A DNA stretch of 64,000 nt, taken from contig CAWBMP010000004.1 in NCBI GenBank assembly GCA_963790025.1, forward strand, positions 576,001 through 640,000, written 5' to 3'. Every line of letters starts with the position of its first letter. Within the stretch, counting starts at the first letter, position 1. The translations under genes were made by a program, and so were the position numbers. Positions 8,571-19,500 of the stretch are shown piece after piece. The notes under the pieces were generated by a model. The model saw nothing but the letters and a program-made list of their open reading frames with translations. It ran no database searches and was not told the origin of the DNA. The DNA comes from Nitrospirota bacterium (GTDB lineage Bacteria; Nitrospirota; Thermodesulfovibrionia; Thermodesulfovibrionales; Dissulfurispiraceae).

Positions 8571-9587
8571 CTATTGCGATGGCGCTCCGTATTTCTTTCT
8601 AAGTTCGAGATTGACTTCGAGCACATTAACAAACTTTTCACCCGCAAGCCCTCTAAAGGGCGCGGAGGAGTTTGCAGCCAATATCTGCACGATCTCTCTT
8701 TTCACTTCAGCCGGGTCTTTTTTTGTATTGGCAGCCCATTTGGAAGCTACCCGGTCGAGTTGAAACTCGGCGTTCTGAAGCGTGATATGAGGGTCCAGCC
8801 CGGAGCCGGACGCAGTGACATAGTCGCCGGGAACGTCCTGAAGGTCTGCGTCAGGATGGTCCTCCCGCCACATTGCAAAGAAGATTGACTGAATGTCGGG
8901 ACCTTCTTTGACCGGCCCAATGGTCGTTGTTGTCTTGCCATCGGTCCCGGTCTTAGTTACTGCGGAAGGGAATTTGCCGGGATTCTCCTGTGAAAAGTTT
9001 TTGAAGAACACGACAGCCAGGTCAGCCGCTTTTGGCTGAGGGGTTGCCGGATTGTCTTTAATAAACTGGGCCACTATGACTGGATGTTTTTTTGTCCAGT
9101 CGTCCACATAAGAAGCATTCCTGGGGTCTGCGCCGACCCATGCCTGGGCCAGTGAATTGTGCGCGTCAGCCCACTGGCCGACTATATTGGGCTTGCCCCC
9201 ATAAACGTCTTTCTGAAACCAGCTTTCGACGTCAGGCGCAACAGGTTTGCCTGCGCCTGGTCCGCTCTTATATACAACGACAGGGCCGAGCGTGCGGGCT
9301 ACGCGGTCACGCAAGGCGTAATTGGAGGCAGCCAGAGAAGATGAGGCCGATGCTGACGCATCGTAAGACGGCGCAGAGGGACGCGGCTGAAAGTACTCGT
9401 CCTTGGTAAAGGGCTGAGCAATGAGCTTTGAGCCCACTATGGTCCCATCAGGGCCTTTCACCATGCTGCCGTTCGCCTGAAAAGGAAATACGGCCTGTCC
9501 GACTGCAAGCAATGCCAGCGGATAAATTATGCAGCAGATAGCCACTGCAACTGCCAGCAGTAAAATACTCTTTGAAATATATTTCAT
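8571..9587 (-). CDS. kdpC: K+-transporting ATPase subunit C, long form (338 aa)
   Basis: FPFQANGS, GSKLIAQPF..DEYFQPRPSA, VTASGSGLDPHIT, VNVLEVNLEL, with a large internal insertion. Confidence 0.92.
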   Translation of the reverse strand: MKYISKSILLLAVAVAICCIIYPLALLAVGQAVFPFQANGSMVKGPDGTIVGSKLIAQPFTKDEYFQPRPSAPSYDASASASSSLAASNYALRDRVARTLGPVVVYKSGPGAGKPVAPDVESWFQKDVYGGKPNIVGQWADAHNSLAQAWVGADPRNASYVDDWTKKHPVIVAQFIKDNPATPQPKAADLAVVFFKNFSQENPGKFPSAVTKTGTDGKTTTTIGPVKEGPDIQSIFFAMWREDHPDADLQDVPGDYVTASGSGLDPHITLQNAEFQLDRVASKWAANTKKDPAEVKREIVQILAANSSAPFRGLAGEKFVNVLEVNLELRKKYGAPSQ

Positions 9588-9616
9588 TTTTTCCCCTCTC
9601 TTTTTACTTTTAACTT

Positions 9617-11788
<2,172 letters not shown>

Positions 11789-11841
11789 GTTGCACTCCTT
11801 TTAATTCTGTAGTCATTTTTATTGCATTAATCATGTGTCAC

Positions 11842-13671
11842 CTATCCACCGAAGGGTATTGGACCAAAGTGTTCTGCAACTGGTCCGAGCGCGGCAACAG
11901 GCAGAAAGAGCAGTGCACCGATGATGAGAACCGTCCCGAGCAACAGAATGCTGAATGTCGGGGTATCGTCCCGCAGTGTCCCCAGGCCGAATGGACTGGA
12001 TTTCTTCTGTCCGAGATATGCGGCCATTGCCATCGGAGCGATAATAGGAAGGAAGCGGCTGAAGCACATCACGAGACCGGCCGCTATGTCCCAGGCAACC
12101 GCAGTCGGAGCAGGATTAGGATTATTGTAAAAGCCGTAGGTGACACCCAGTCCGTCGAAGGCCGAGCCGTTGTTTGCAGAGGCCGAAGAGAACTGGTACA
12201 GCATTTGTGAAAGACCATGAGCGCCCGGATTGCTGACAGCTTTCAGTCCCCAGCTTGTGGCTGCAAAGAGCCCGGTGGGGAAAAGGATCATAAACGGGTG
12301 GATCAGGAGGGCAATCACGGCCAGTTTGACTTCACGCGCCCCGATTTTCTTCCCAAGATACTCCGGCGTCCTTCCGACCATCATGCCGGCAATGAAGATG
12401 CCGATAATTATGTAAAGTAACATATTGATCATGCCCACGCCCTTGCCGCCGAAAAGGCAGTTGAGCCACATACCCACCATCGGTGATAAAGCGGCAATCG
12501 GGTTGAGACTGTCTTCCTCTGCGTTTACAGCGCCACAGGTAACGTCCGTAGTAAGCGCATCGAAGGTGGCCCCTGCAGAGGTCCCGAAACGCATTTCCTT
12601 ACCCTCAAGATTGCCGAGGTGCTGGTCCACCGGCAAACCCGGAACAGCAGGCAGGGTTACAACCCGTTTCCCGCCCGGCGCCGTGGCGCTTGGGATATCG
12701 TATGTTCGAGCCACAGGATGAGCAGTCAATCCCGGATTCGGTTTCAATGTGTCGAAGTAGACAGACCAGACAACAGTGCCTGCCATCATAAGCAACATAA
12801 CCGAAAAGATGACAATGCCGTGTCTCATTCGGCCGAGCATCCGGCCGTACATCAGGACGAGAGCGAACGGGAAGATCATCATTGAAAGGGTGTTCACAAA
12901 ATTCGACGCTGCCGTCGGATTCTCGAACGGGTGTGCGGAGTTCATGCCGTAAAATCCGCCGCCGTTGGTGCCGAGCATTTTCATTGACTCAAAAGCAGCA
13001 ACCGGCCCGACAACAATGTTTTGTTGCTTGACTTCGCCCTTATCGGTCGTTCCCATGGCCGCTGGTTCCAGCGTCGAAACCTGATAAGAGGTTTTAAGCG
13101 TCATCGGACTGCCCTGGACGATAAAGAAAAGCGCCACGACAAAAGCCACAGGTACGAACATGTAAACCAATACCCGCCACATGTCGACAAAGAAATTGCC
13201 CATCGATTTATCGCTGCGCAAACCCCGGATAATCGCTACCAACGAACATAAACCTATTGCAGCCGATATGAAGAGATTGGCGATGCCGAAAAAGATCTGA
13301 CTGAAATTGGACAGATGCTGGTCCCCGGAATAGTGCTGCAGGTCAGTGTTTGTCATGAACGATATGACGCTGCTAAAGATAGTGCTTGGGGCCAGCATTG
13401 TCTTGTGATCAGGATTGAGTGGCATCCACGGCTGGAGCGCCAGCACAAGGTAACCGAAGACGAACAACAGGGTGTTGAAAATGAGCAGGGAACATATATA
13501 CTGCTTCCAGTTCTGCGGACCGCTGTTCAGGCGCTTCTCGAACCACCCGAAAACGGGCAAGGGCCGGTATTTTGCGTCCATTATCCACGCCAGATACCGA
13601 CTCAATGGGAATGCGACTATGGTCGCAGTTGCCAAAAGCGCAAATGGAAGTAACCACGTTTGAATAAACAT
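11842..13671 (-). CDS. kdpA: K+-transporting ATPase subunit A
   Basis: SFMTNTDLQHYSG, LGTNGGGFYGMNSAHPFENP, EGKEMRFG, GRTPEYLGKKI, SASANNGSAF. Confidence 0.97.
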   Translation of the reverse strand: MFIQTWLLPFALLATATIVAFPLSRYLAWIMDAKYRPLPVFGWFEKRLNSGPQNWKQYICSLLIFNTLLFVFGYLVLALQPWMPLNPDHKTMLAPSTIFSSVISFMTNTDLQHYSGDQHLSNFSQIFFGIANLFISAAIGLCSLVAIIRGLRSDKSMGNFFVDMWRVLVYMFVPVAFVVALFFIVQGSPMTLKTSYQVSTLEPAAMGTTDKGEVKQQNIVVGPVAAFESMKMLGTNGGGFYGMNSAHPFENPTAASNFVNTLSMMIFPFALVLMYGRMLGRMRHGIVIFSVMLLMMAGTVVWSVYFDTLKPNPGLTAHPVARTYDIPSATAPGGKRVVTLPAVPGLPVDQHLGNLEGKEMRFGTSAGATFDALTTDVTCGAVNAEEDSLNPIAALSPMVGMWLNCLFGGKGVGMINMLLYIIIGIFIAGMMVGRTPEYLGKKIGAREVKLAVIALLIHPFMILFPTGLFAATSWGLKAVSNPGAHGLSQMLYQFSSASANNGSAFDGLGVTYGFYNNPNPAPTAVAWDIAAGLVMCFSRFLPIIAPMAMAAYLGQKKSSPFGLGTLRDDTPTFSILLLGTVLIIGALLFLPVAALGPVAEHFGPIPFGG

Positions 13672-13717
13672 TATTTAGCTCCTTTTTGTCAGGGTTTAGT
13701 GTCTGTCGCCGGTACTC

Positions 13718-13798
13718 TCAGAACCATTCCGGCCGGACAAGGGCCACAACCAGGTAAATAAATAAAAAAACCGCTATAGCGGCAGTAAAATAGATCAT
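13718..13798 (-). CDS. kdpF: KdpF small membrane subunit (26 aa, MIYFTAAIAVFLFIYLVVALVRPEWF); not in the ORF track
   Basis: Hand-translated. YL..AL.RPE.F KdpF signature, GAGGAGG RBS, directly upstream of kdpA. Confidence 0.9.
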   Translation of the reverse strand: MIYFTAAIAVFLFIYLVVALVRPEWF

Positions 13799-13812
13799 AG
13801 GACCTCCTCATT

Positions 13813-13908
13813 TCATATTTTTTCGCATGCTTTGACAAAGAGCAAACACAGCCCCATTGCTGCAATTCCCAGTAAAAACATTCCCGGCAGCCAAATCGTA
13901 AGATCCAT
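13813..13908 (-). CDS. Small single-TM peptide upstream of kdpF (31 aa, MDLTIWLPGMFLLGIAAMGLCLLFVKACEKI); not in the ORF track
   Basis: Hand-translated. GGAGG RBS, hydrophobic core, first ORF after the sigma54-like site. Confidence 0.7.
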   Translation of the reverse strand: MDLTIWLPGMFLLGIAAMGLCLLFVKACEKI

Positions 13909-13984
13909 AATATTTCCTCCTTTTTAACGAAAAGAAAAAAACTTTCAATACTGTTCAGTTTATCGACCTCTGACAAAAAGTAAA

Positions 13985-14000
13985 AGCATTTTTAGTGCCA
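13985..14000 (-). promoter_or_regulatory. Sigma54-type -24/-12 promoter for the kdp operon
   Basis: Minus strand TGGCACTAAAAATGCT: TGGCAC with exact GG-N10-GC spacing, about 77 nt upstream of the first ATG. Confidence 0.7.
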
Positions 14001-14165
14001 AAAAGAAGATGAATTTATACTATTGAATTATCAGGACGAGTTAGTTTGGACAAAACATGTGAAAGGTGCTGCACTAAAAAAATAAGTGTTCGTCCTTTAA
14101 AAATGAAATGCGAAAGTCCATGTGGTGCTTAAATGATCTTTCCGTAATGTTTTCAGATATTTCGA

Positions 14166-14194
14166 TTGACTTAACTGTGAACAGCAATTAGAAT
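14166..14194 (+). promoter_or_regulatory. Sigma70-like promoter for the 14252-16457 trio
   Basis: TTGACT-N17-TAGAAT. Confidence 0.55.
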
Positions 14195-14251
14195 ATATGA
14201 GGTGAAAGTGGTTGTTTTTTACAATGCGTTCCGGGAGGAAAGGAGCACGGT

Positions 14252-14998
14252 ATGAAATATATATATTATATCGGTATTACTATGCTGGTTGTAACGGCAG
14301 CCATCTTTTTCACGCTGACAGCGCGGCGTCAACCGGATAAAAAACCTGCAATCATTATTAATGACAGGTCCGTTTCAGAAAAAGAATTACATGATTTCTA
14401 CGCCTCAAACCCTGTTCAACTTGACAACAGGGACGCCTTGATCGACACGCTGATCACAAAAGAACTCTTGATACAGGAGGCTCAAAAAGAAGGGATCAAC
14501 AGGGAAGAGTCGTTCAGGAAATCAGTCCAGGATTTTTATGAGCAATCGTTAATCAAACTGCTTATGGACAGAAAATATGCCTCGTTGAATGCGACCGTGA
14601 GTGATGACGAGGTCCGTAAATACACAGACCTTGCAAATAAAAAAATCACTATTACGATATTCGATGCTAACAGCCTGGAGTCGGTAAAAAGAGGCATCTT
14701 TAAGACAGAAGAGAGAAAAAATCTGTCTTACGGAGACCTTTCCAGAAACCTGCAATATCCTCTGCTCTTCATGAAAGAGGGGCAACGTTCGGACCCGATA
14801 AAGATAAACGACAGATATATTGTATTAAGGCTTGATAAAATCGAAGGCGAAAATCCCGTTCCTTCCGGTGTGACCCGGGATGCTGCCTCGAAAATATTGC
14901 TGGACTGGAAAAAAGAGAAGATTGTGAACGACTGGATTGAAGGCCTCAGGGCAAAAGCGACCCTGAAAATCCTGGCGCAAGAGAAAGGGAGGGACTAG
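14252..14998 (+). CDS. SurA-N/PpiC-like (EpsD-type) membrane-anchored periplasmic chaperone
   Basis: N-terminal TM, IIINDRSVS, LIDTLITKELLIQEAQKEGI, C-terminal WIEGLRAKATLKI. Confidence 0.65.
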   Translation: MKYIYYIGITMLVVTAAIFFTLTARRQPDKKPAIIINDRSVSEKELHDFYASNPVQLDNRDALIDTLITKELLIQEAQKEGINREESFRKSVQDFYEQSLIKLLMDRKYASLNATVSDDEVRKYTDLANKKITITIFDANSLESVKRGIFKTEERKNLSYGDLSRNLQYPLLFMKEGQRSDPIKINDRYIVLRLDKIEGENPVPSGVTRDAASKILLDWKKEKIVNDWIEGLRAKATLKILAQEKGRD

Positions 14999-15000
14999 TA

Positions 15001-15915
15001 ATGCAGAATGGGAACAGGAGATGGAAAAGAAGAAATTACCTGATCAATAAAGACTTACAGGGAAAATATACATTTTATTTTTTTATGATCGTCACCATCG
15101 GCAGCATACTGTTTACCCTGATCTTCAGCCTGCTGGCCCAGGACACGCTCACCATCGTTTACAAAAACAGCAACCTGCAATTGGGCAAAACGCCCCAAAT
15201 GCTCATTACCGAACTTCTTAAAGCGCACTGGATATTCATTCTTTTGAGCGGTGTTATTGTATCACTTGTCGCCATATTCCTCACGCACCGCTTTGCAGGC
15301 CCGATCTACAGATTTGAAAAGTCTGTAGATGAGATGAACCACGGCAACTTTAATTTTGAAATCATACTGAGAAGGCATGATGCAGGGAAAGAACTCGCAA
15401 AAATGATGAACACATTTACTGCCACAACATCGAGAAAGATAATCAAATTGCGCGAGTGTTCCGGTATCATCGACTCGAACCTCTCATTGCTGTCGCAATC
15501 AATTCCCCGCGACAACAAAGAGACGGGCAAAGCACTCAGCGCTATTCAAACCGCCGGTGCTCAAATTAAAGACCTGTTGGGCGCCTTTACCGTAAAAGAC
15601 ACCATAAGACATGCTCCCGACCCCGGTTACCCCTCCATGCCGGCTGCCGCGCTCACTGTTTCCGAGGGCGATGGAAATTTTATTAATATACTTATGCAGG
15701 TCAAAGAGCTGACCGCCGATCTGGAAGAAGCGCTTGGCTCCCCCGGACTGGAACATCTGGTTAATGATATCGATGCCCACCTGGAAAAGTTCTCACACGT
15801 AATGCCCGCTGCCGACAAAAAAATCCTTTCAGAGGCGGCCACTATCGTCAGACAGACAAAAGATGTCGAAGAACGGCTTAGAGAGATCGTCAATTCCTAT
15901 TCAAAAATTCAATAG
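15001..15915 (+). CDS. Two-TM HAMP-domain membrane protein with a helical cytoplasmic tail
   Basis: KRRNYLINKDLQ, two TMs, THRFAGPIYRFEKSVDEMNHGNF..RRHD (HAMP-like). No MCP signalling or kinase motifs. Confidence 0.65.
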   Translation: MQNGNRRWKRRNYLINKDLQGKYTFYFFMIVTIGSILFTLIFSLLAQDTLTIVYKNSNLQLGKTPQMLITELLKAHWIFILLSGVIVSLVAIFLTHRFAGPIYRFEKSVDEMNHGNFNFEIILRRHDAGKELAKMMNTFTATTSRKIIKLRECSGIIDSNLSLLSQSIPRDNKETGKALSAIQTAGAQIKDLLGAFTVKDTIRHAPDPGYPSMPAAALTVSEGDGNFINILMQVKELTADLEEALGSPGLEHLVNDIDAHLEKFSHVMPAADKKILSEAATIVRQTKDVEERLREIVNSYSKIQ

Positions 15916-15920
15916 GTGTT

Positions 15921-16457
15921 ATGCATCTAAAACTTCTTAAAACCTTTTTCGCGTTACTCCTGACCGCATCGCTGCTCTGTCCCGCTTATGGCGCCGAACT
16001 GGAAACGCGCTATGCAACCATTATATATGAAAAAGACGACCTGCTGAAGGAATTCAACAACCGCGTTCGCCTTGGAAGCCTTTCTTATCTTGTACGAGAT
16101 AAAAACAGTCTGACCATCGCCGATGAGGTAAGAAATAAAGTCGATACAATTATGGACAGAGTACAGTCAGTCCTGCAAATGTTTCCGAGAAATATCAAAA
16201 TAAAGATCGTGCTGCTCCCCTCGGATGACGAGGTCAGTAATATTTATAAACGAAAATATTTGCGGGACGTAGATTATATCGCATTCTACGCCCCCGGGGA
16301 TAAAACAGTGTACATTTCAGTGGACAATGTAAGGCTTCGCGTATTTGCGCATGAACTGGGCCATGTAGTGGTTGACCACTATTTCGCAGGCGTTCCGCCT
16401 CCCGGAAACATTCACGAACTTCTCGCCCAATACGTCGAGGCCCACCTCGAAGACTAG
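15921..16457 (+). CDS. Secreted protein with an HExxH zinc-metallopeptidase-like motif
   Basis: Signal peptide ending AYG/A. AFY motif, FAHELGHVVVDHYF and downstream IHELLAQYV (possible third-ligand Glu). Confidence 0.65.
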   Translation: MHLKLLKTFFALLLTASLLCPAYGAELETRYATIIYEKDDLLKEFNNRVRLGSLSYLVRDKNSLTIADEVRNKVDTIMDRVQSVLQMFPRNIKIKIVLLPSDDEVSNIYKRKYLRDVDYIAFYAPGDKTVYISVDNVRLRVFAHELGHVVVDHYFAGVPPPGNIHELLAQYVEAHLED

Positions 16458-16466
16458 AAAGGCGCC

Positions 16467-18803
16467 CTATGGCGTCAGGGCGTTCAACCTGTCCCGGGCG
16501 TACTTAATCGTCGGATCAATAAGCAGCACCTTTCTATATTCCTCCATGGCACGGTAGGTCATCCCGAGCTGCTCGTAAAGCATGGCGCTGTTCAACAGCA
16601 TCGCGGGGTCACCGGGAAAGAGGGTCAGGCCTTTCTGTATGACCCTCAGGGCGGCGTCATAGTCTTTCTTACGCTTAAAGAAATCGGAAACTGTGTAAAA
16701 ATATGACGAAGGCACGTCGCGCTCATTCCCTACAAAACCGAGGGCATCGAGATAGACCCGTTCAGCCGTTGTTTCATCGCCGGTTTTTTCAAGATATGAC
16801 CCGAATATAACATACGGGACCATCTTCTGCGGCAACGCCTCCAATATTTCCTCATTCCGATACCCGTTAAGCACCATAAGCGCTACATAATAATAGGTTT
16901 GTTCAGGTTCTAGGGCCATTGCGAGCGCTATATTCTTAAGCCCGTCACCTTTCCTGCCCTGGCCGACAAGCCACAGGGCATACATCTTGTAACCCAGGGT
17001 ATTCATCTTATCATATTCAATGCCGCGCCTGAGCAAAAGTTCCGCCCTGGCGAAATCAGAGCGTCCTGAATAAACAATCCCTATAGTTTGCAAATACCAG
17101 CTGTTCAAAGGGTCGTTTTCAAGTGCCCTCTTAAAACAGCGGAGCGCTTTATCGGCGTTCGAAGCCGTCATTTCAATTCTTCCAAGGGCATATTGATAGC
17201 GTGCATCAAGAGGATCGCACAGCGCTGACAGGCAGACCTTGTCCTTCATCATAAGAAGCTGTTTACCGGTGTTCTGTTCCTTGACCCCCGAGAATGAGAG
17301 TTCAGCTATCGTTGCGCCGACATTCACCGTTGTCGTTGCCAACAGCAATACGACAACTGCCCTGCTCCATTTAACTAAAGGAGGATTATTCACTAATGCG
17401 AGATAAGAGGCATCGAGCTTGTCCCTCATGCGGGTATGGGTCGCAGAAACCATTAATCCGGACAGAAAAAAGAAGTAGAGCCCGTTTGCCCCTAAGTGCA
17501 GATTAAAATCAACAATGCTGTGGAGCAAAATCGCAACCAGTCCCGTAGCACTTCCAATAGAGAGATACAGGTTATACGATTCCTTCCTTCTTAATAAAGT
17601 CCTGTAAGAATGATAGAAAACAGCGCACATAAACCATCCCGCAAGCAAAAAGCCTATGATGCCGCCTTCCGCCAAAACCTCTATATAATCGTTTTCCGCA
17701 TGGTAGGCGGTGAAACCTCCGGGGAATGTCCGGTATTTTTGATAGCTGTTGAAAAATGTCCCATATCCGGTCCCTGTCAGAGGGAAATCCTGTATTAAAA
17801 GTTTGCTGTCGCTCCAGAGCGTAGGCCTGAGCAGCGTGGTTTTACCATGGACATCAACATCCTTTATTTTCCCGAAACTCTCCACAATAGGGTCCCAACC
17901 GAACAAGCTTACAACGAGGAATATCATCAGAAAAAAAACAATAATAAACAGCCCTCTTTTATTTCGCTTCTTTTTCCAGGCAATCATTCCACTGAAGAAG
18001 ATCATGGAAAGGCCGAGACTTACCATCCCTCCGCGCGAAAGGCTCAGGAAAATAGACGAGGCGACAAGGACCGAGAAGAACCCTATAAGAATGTACCGGT
18101 TCGTCTCCTTCAAACTGAGGATTTGCGCAAGCCGCTCACGCAGTGACCGGTATTTTACCCTGGGCTTGAAGGATATAAGGACGCTCAATATAACAGGGAA
18201 CAGCATCTCCATAAGGCCCGCGTAGTGATTTTTGTTAGCATAGGGTCCGAACGGATGCCCACCCTGCGTCAGACTTCTGATCCAATAAATCTTTCCGTTG
18301 TAAAAAAAATACTGGAGGATGCTCAGAAAGGCGAGGCAAAAGGAAAAAATCATAACGGTGTTAACTGTTTTTCTCAGCAGCTCTTTGCTCGAAAGCAACT
18401 GCACGGTGACAATATAGAAAGCGATATAGGCAGTGAGTCTGGACCATTCCTGCAGCGTCGCCTTCTTACTGACCGAGAGTGTCATCCATGTCACCGGTTC
18501 GATGCTGCCTATGGTTTCGGAATATGCTTTATAGGTAGCGGGTGAAATAATGTGCACCAAGCCGGAAGGGAAAGGGACAAGCTGTAGAAGGCAATATGCC
18601 CACAAAACAAGCAAGGGGACAATGCCGGGGACCCTGTAAAAAGGCTGCAGGTCTTCCCTGCGCTCACCGCACAATAAAAAGAGCGCCCACAGAGAACACC
18701 CCTCCATAATGGTCAGAGACCATTGCTCCACTGTGCCAAAGGCAAGAGGAGAAAAAATCAGAAGAAAAATAAATAATGTATAACTTTTAGGCTTACGCAG
18801 CAT
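16467..18803 (-). CDS. O-antigen ligase/Wzy_C-family membrane protein with C-terminal TPRs
   Basis: GPYANKNHYAG, SLSRGG, FPLTGTGYGTF, AYHAENDYIEVLAEGGIIG, LHSIVDFNLH, followed by TPR-like helices. Confidence 0.88.
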   Translation of the reverse strand: MLRKPKSYTLFIFLLIFSPLAFGTVEQWSLTIMEGCSLWALFLLCGERREDLQPFYRVPGIVPLLVLWAYCLLQLVPFPSGLVHIISPATYKAYSETIGSIEPVTWMTLSVSKKATLQEWSRLTAYIAFYIVTVQLLSSKELLRKTVNTVMIFSFCLAFLSILQYFFYNGKIYWIRSLTQGGHPFGPYANKNHYAGLMEMLFPVILSVLISFKPRVKYRSLRERLAQILSLKETNRYILIGFFSVLVASSIFLSLSRGGMVSLGLSMIFFSGMIAWKKKRNKRGLFIIVFFLMIFLVVSLFGWDPIVESFGKIKDVDVHGKTTLLRPTLWSDSKLLIQDFPLTGTGYGTFFNSYQKYRTFPGGFTAYHAENDYIEVLAEGGIIGFLLAGWFMCAVFYHSYRTLLRRKESYNLYLSIGSATGLVAILLHSIVDFNLHLGANGLYFFFLSGLMVSATHTRMRDKLDASYLALVNNPPLVKWSRAVVVLLLATTTVNVGATIAELSFSGVKEQNTGKQLLMMKDKVCLSALCDPLDARYQYALGRIEMTASNADKALRCFKRALENDPLNSWYLQTIGIVYSGRSDFARAELLLRRGIEYDKMNTLGYKMYALWLVGQGRKGDGLKNIALAMALEPEQTYYYVALMVLNGYRNEEILEALPQKMVPYVIFGSYLEKTGDETTAERVYLDALGFVGNERDVPSSYFYTVSDFFKRKKDYDAALRVIQKGLTLFPGDPAMLLNSAMLYEQLGMTYRAMEEYRKVLLIDPTIKYARDRLNALTP

Positions 18804-19500
18804 GAAGTTCCCTTCCTGCTATGACTGCTTCGGGGTTCCCAATCACCAGTTGCAATGCCGTCTCCATGCCCATAACTTCCGCAGCAATTCTAAGCCCTCC
18901 GGAAAGTATAGGCGGCCTCCAGCCGGAGGAATGGGCATCGGTGGCGATAAAACTGACAACGCCTTTACGCAAGAGATACCGGGCGCAGTCCCTGACATCG
19001 GGTCCGAACTCTCCGGTCAGACTTCCAGCGGTAATCTGCACGTGTGCGCTCGTATGCAGCAGCTCAAAAAAGAGGTCCGGTTTTTTTATCACCGATGGAT
19101 TGCGCTCCGGATGGGTGATAATAGGGAACAATCCTTTAAGGCTCATATTGAAGAGAATGTCCTTCGCATTTTTCGGAAGATGCGTATGCGGAAATTCAAC
19201 CAGAATGTAATTCGATTCGCCTATTGTATAGTCTTTCATCAGCGACGGGCTGAGTAAGGCATTAACATCCGCGCCTGAAAGGATTTTTACAGGAATACCC
19301 AAAGCACACAGATGTCTGTTCAATGCGGCCGCGCTCTCCCTGATAACCGATGACGGATATATGGAATCCTTCACGTGCGGAGTCGCCACAATGGTCGTTA
19401 TCCCGTCCCCTGCGGCCAGCCGGGCCATTTCTATCGATTCACTGATATCGGAGGGGCCATCGTCTATCCCGGGGAGTATATGACAATGTAAATCAATCAC
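18793..19500 (-). CDS. CpsB/CapC-type PHP protein-tyrosine phosphatase
   Basis: MIDLHCHILPGIDDG, IVATPH, PIITHPERN, IATDAH. Confidence 0.93.
   Translation of the reverse strand: MIDLHCHILPGIDDGPSDISESIEMARLAAGDGITTIVATPHVKDSIYPSSVIRESAAALNRHLCALGIPVKILSGADVNALLSPSLMKDYTIGESNYILVEFPHTHLPKNAKDILFNMSLKGLFPIITHPERNPSVIKKPDLFFELLHTSAHVQITAGSLTGEFGPDVRDCARYLLRKGVVSFIATDAHSSGWRPPILSGGLRIAAEVMGMETALQLVIGNPEAVIAGRELHAA

Noticed and set aside
13689..13976. 95-aa ORF upstream of kdpA
   Set aside because: It overlaps kdpF and the 31-aa peptide, which have better RBSs and recognisable sequence.
13910..14250. Possible c-di-AMP (ydaO) riboswitch upstream of kdp
   Set aside because: The region is AT-rich with no recognisable conserved riboswitch motifs or stems; an Rfam scan would settle it.
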